Assembly (NCBI GenBank): GCA_001771135.1
Contig: MESW01000008.1
Span: forward strand, 2,373 to 66,372
DNA from: a candidate division CPR3 bacterium GWF2_35_18
GTDB lineage: Bacteria > Patescibacteriota > CPR3 > GWF2-35-18
Direction: 5' to 3'
Length of the DNA: 64,000 bases
How positions within the stretch are numbered: position 1 is the stretch's first letter; each line of letters starts with the position of its first letter. The notes beneath the pieces were generated by a model, which did no database searches, was not told the DNA's origin, and saw only the letters and a program-made list of their open reading frames with translations. The position numbers and the translations under genes were made by a program. Shown here in pieces: positions 54,701 through 64,000 of this stretch.

Positions 54701-55977
54701 GGATATGAACCTACTTTTGTTCTAACCTTTGTAGTTAGGTCCATCTTATAAATATCGGTTAATGACCCCCAATTTTGTCCGGATACATAATAGATAGTAT
54801 TGTCTCCGTCGTATATCGGAGCTCCATGTGCATAACCATAATTTGGGTCATAAAGGTTGTATCCATTTACGTTCCAATTGTCTGTACTGACACTATAGCT
54901 GTATAGAATTGGATGCTGATACATTCCCAATAATGTGTAGATAGTGTCTACTCCGTCAAAAACAGCAGTTACGCCCCAATCATAGGTTTGTCCTGTTGGC
55001 GGTGTTGAGAGACTTACCCATTGGTTGTTAGATATATTATATTGTTGTAAATAAGAGATATCTCCATGTACGTAAATTCCGAGTTTTAAAATCGTATTTG
55101 AAGATGTCAGCATTATCTGTGTTTTCTGACAAACATTATTGTTTGGAGGGACTGTTAGTCTTGGTTCCCAAATATTATTAGCGATTGAATATTTTCGAAA
55201 TTCTCCATTACATCCTGCTAGAGCATAAATTGTATCATTATTATCCCAAGTGAGGCTGATTCCATATCCTGGGACAGATACTGGAAATGATGCCATTTGT
55301 TCCCATTGATTAGAGGTAATGTTATATCGCCAGAACATCGTGGAAACACTTCCTCTAAAACCATACAAATAATTACCATTAATAGTTTCAACATAAATAA
55401 CATCTGTTCCTGCATTAACTGTTTGTGGATGATCTGGTAATACTGTCCATATATTTTCAGATAGAGAATATTTATAAAATTCTGATTTTCCTCCTGCAGG
55501 AAGTAGATACATAGTATCGTTTTTATCCCAAGTAAGAGCTACTCCAGTTCCTATTCCAGAAGGTGGAGCTTCTAGTGTTTCCCATGTTTTTAGTTCTAGA
55601 GAATATTTGAGGAAAAAAGTTCTTCCACTGTCAACATATCCTTGTGTAATAAGGTAAAGCGAATCGTTAGGTCCATATATTATTTCTGTATCTCCATAAA
55701 TTAAAATTGGAGGTTCGAGTAGTCCATCATCTGTTTCCCAACTTCCAACGTCACCACTTTGAAGTTTTATTTCACCTTGAGTAGAAACATCAATATTATT
55801 GAAATTAGAGATTCCTTCAGTAAGATCTTTATTTGAAAAGGAGTATGTTGCGGCACTATTGGGTGTCGGAGTATATACACTTAAAGTAAAAATTACCATA
55901 AGTGTTATAACTAATAATCTCCAAGAAAAAGATAATTTCCTGGTATGTGATAATAAACGTTTATTTCTTTTTTTCAT
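48766..55977 (-). CDS. Giant (about 2400 aa) secreted or N-terminally anchored protein with Kelch/galactose-oxidase-type beta-propeller repeats and fibronectin-III/Ig-like domains.
   Basis: N-terminal basic-plus-hydrophobic anchor (KKRNKRLLSHTRKLSFSWRLLVITLMVIFTL). Many W-x-x-L / DxxIYxxGG-type Kelch-like repeats (NTWTTL, NQWEQM, DNTIYYVSG). Fn3-like segments (YYVRIKVKDNKGNVS, YTYKVSACDSVDNCGGES). Start is uncertain: the ATG at 55977 is used here and the ORF track uses the TTG at 55992. It sits 4 nt upstream of the ABC gene. Confidence 0.8.
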   Translation of the reverse strand: MKKRNKRLLSHTRKLSFSWRLLVITLMVIFTLSVYTPTPNSAATYSFSNKDLTEGISNFNNIDVSTQGEIKLQSGDVGSWETDDGLLEPPILIYGDTEIIYGPNDSLYLITQGYVDSGRTFFLKYSLELKTWETLEAPPSGIGTGVALTWDKNDTMYLLPAGGKSEFYKYSLSENIWTVLPDHPQTVNAGTDVIYVETINGNYLYGFRGSVSTMFWRYNITSNQWEQMASFPVSVPGYGISLTWDNNDTIYALAGCNGEFRKYSIANNIWEPRLTVPPNNNVCQKTQIMLTSSNTILKLGIYVHGDISYLQQYNISNNQWVSLSTPPTGQTYDWGVTAVFDGVDTIYTLLGMYQHPILYSYSVSTDNWNVNGYNLYDPNYGYAHGAPIYDGDNTIYYVSGQNWGSLTDIYKMDLTTKVRTKVGSYPISGARAGIAGIYKDNALYLASWYGNTIFYKFDLINSTWATLATFPYATTYGCDMIDGEDGYIYYSPGGRVNFYRYDIINNTWGSLTSAPIAIGSGGGIEKIGADIYAFSGGGTPYFMKYDVAGNTWTTLPINIPNGSVEHGGVLVGDTSRYLYFVPANRTSVTAQLFYRYDTTDSSWKRLANLPSYTQVAAYGFYDNNTNRVYVSPTAVISHMWYWTTATDTYVADGVWYSKSIDLTHVQAWSTFQTSITGTGTVTAYSRTSNNGRIWDQWLPITGGNIQSLPKRYLQFKLALHGDTLSTPTVSNIQFTYEEDVIPPNLPSQFVAKGTATGETLTTGQTYEYQHPYFEWNGANDGNNGSGIAGYYVYYGTNVAADPEVDGSFQANNTYVVTSPMTSGDIYYVRIKVKDNKGNVSAIQTFFSYRYWYISPPESQLTTSYEQLSQGTNTNLDLITEEGSASLKKLPYGSWSEGSFTSLPDYATGSASVVIGDYLYIARGNNTTNFWRYNLVSQTWDTNLPPLPATAYIGSSLVWDQEKYIYYIRGNSTNGFYRYDIVNQIWDAPLSNLPVNASYGTDMEYIGNNKILFVFSGNIDFYEYNTETGGWGNLTSLPTTINTYYSGSGIWYDGGDSLYVNFGTSDWYQRGLAKYTISTDTWRWMATPPYNFWYVQSNLAGDSQGNLYIFGQDFMTNGYATAFKYNIATDTWKAINSGFPISSWGSLSDDRNRYIYIIPGLGNTRRILQYDTWNSKFTSLGYLQPPSLQRRRWDLQNGIEWYAGQATTATFDGEDNVYIINRNESDYSYLLKYSTSKNEFTYLPPPPYIGIGGSIAYSNGYLYYEPGRSRTNFYRFDFGKYQWEKMTDTLNTIYRPGASSLVVDKNGYLYLPRGNDNQFYRYTPDVNGGTWESLRAFPANILNASFVYDGDNYIYALRSNGSNAFYQYDIFNNSWTTLANFPVTTTYGNTMVMQQGKIYAMRGNAQKNMYVYDIATNQWVEGTSSPDYFAYGGNLVKISESKALAIPGQDNPHILQFNFPSATTGYQGLGVHISQPMEVSGLFDYAGIKAEVSIPENTDIEFYTRTSIDGNTWNEWELTDQIKLFTGELSTRVASQPQKYLQLKVIMYSYDNVYTPKLSSYALDYYFDVTPPTNPTITKYYTDDTKTTELETNKWYNYAKPYFDWPDPGEAGGATDGLLGSHIKGYYVSFSTDPSAVPLTSGVFTENSYYEANLTTSNTYYFSLQAVDYTGNIDSNIFTPIIYKFDNIPPDNPPMITVTPSGFTTINKYTFEWPNAYDEHSKIHSYCYKTGATQGIYATEKCQTGLLLTDIPAMYTNGTNTFYLRAKDVAGNFASSYMTASYYFSNDPPSKVTNLAAIPPISTMNMFAFTWDLPAMFSGSADLLTYCYAINAEPPLSYSNTTCTSNRYISPFRAATKRGVNILSVIALDEAGNANWLYPATINFTANTISPGIPMNLIVSDTSDQANVRWSLTLTWDAPAFKGNGIDHYIVWRAENGANIFNQIGKVSDTAYVDLRVNTENTYTYKVSACDSVDNCGGESSAFTKRPEGVFNFPPKVNSGPTVKAGSDRAEIVWVTERDTEGAVYIGLQQNDLKRDRDHEDLRKEHIITITDLSPKTTYYYKVLSIDKNKNYLDSDAFSPIYSFQTQEAPRIYDVIVDQNSITQNSAMVTWKSTVPTKSKITYGKNLNYELTPIEGLPIEGETVAVLTHFYEFSNLESSNDSSIYHFKIIADTEFGTIITSDDYSFNTLPYPEITNITFQPIADQFNSVQVNWRTNIPTDSFIIYDGGGLKKEVAKSDLETIHSMTINDLFSNTEYSFIIKGRDRYGVIVTSTVQRWTSQIDTRPPVMSDLIVEISTTGVASNARSQIIVSWKTDEPSTSQIRYSIGSKEDLVNESPLDTETTTSHVVVLSNLPIEKIYKIQPLSTDLTGNISYGERTVAIASEPEYSMLDIIIDLFEKILKIN

Positions 55978-56059
55978 ATTAACTATAATCAAATAGTCTA
56001 TTAAAATTATGACATGTTCTTACCATGAATACAATATGAATTTGGATTGGGAATAATAA

Positions 56060-64000
<7,941 letters not shown>

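Overview
This is a low-GC (by eye, mid-30s % G+C) bacterial chromosome segment, densely packed with genes and apparently using the standard genetic code (TGA functions as a stop). The origin may be a small-genome or CPR-like organism, but that is inference.

Housekeeping content: hisS, dnaB, efp, lgt, queA, tgt, yebC-ruvC, an Xer-type recombinase, an RluA/RluD-family pseudouridine synthase, M16/M20/M24 peptidases, an aldehyde dehydrogenase, an SDR, a CPA2 antiporter with an RCK domain, and one tRNA-Leu(CAA).

Two regions stand out.

1. A single-orientation, tightly packed array of at least 22 kb on the minus strand (41.6 kb to the window end). It fuses an F-type ATPase gene set that has a, b, delta, alpha, gamma, beta and a truncated epsilon, but no a-subunit gene and no free c-subunit gene. 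Instead, upstream lie a MacB-like ABC transporter and two giant secreted or membrane-anchored beta-propeller proteins of 2408 aa and 2589 aa. The 2589-aa NHL-repeat protein ends in a C-terminal hairpin that looks like an F/V-ATPase c-subunit (proteolipid) but lacks the ion-binding carboxylate. The alpha subunit in this operon has a destroyed Walker A motif (GEKKIKKS).

2. A visibly more G+C-rich island (about 10.5-13.4 kb and 16.4-20.1 kb, flanking a P-type ATPase gene and abutting the tRNA-Leu). It carries a second, orphan F1 beta-then-alpha gene pair with no gamma, delta, epsilon or Fo genes. Its alpha has a roughly 45-aa insertion and its beta has a DELGEND loop. The island also holds a divergent operon containing a pyrB-like aspartate carbamoyltransferase and several small unknown ORFs with strong Shine-Dalgarno sites.

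Other notable items: a minimal [FeFe]-hydrogenase H-domain protein; a TraD/VirD4-like coupling-protein ATPase followed by an RD-repeat protein; and a roughly 960-bp ORF-free AT-rich region with DnaA-box-like motifs upstream of the Xer recombinase gene.
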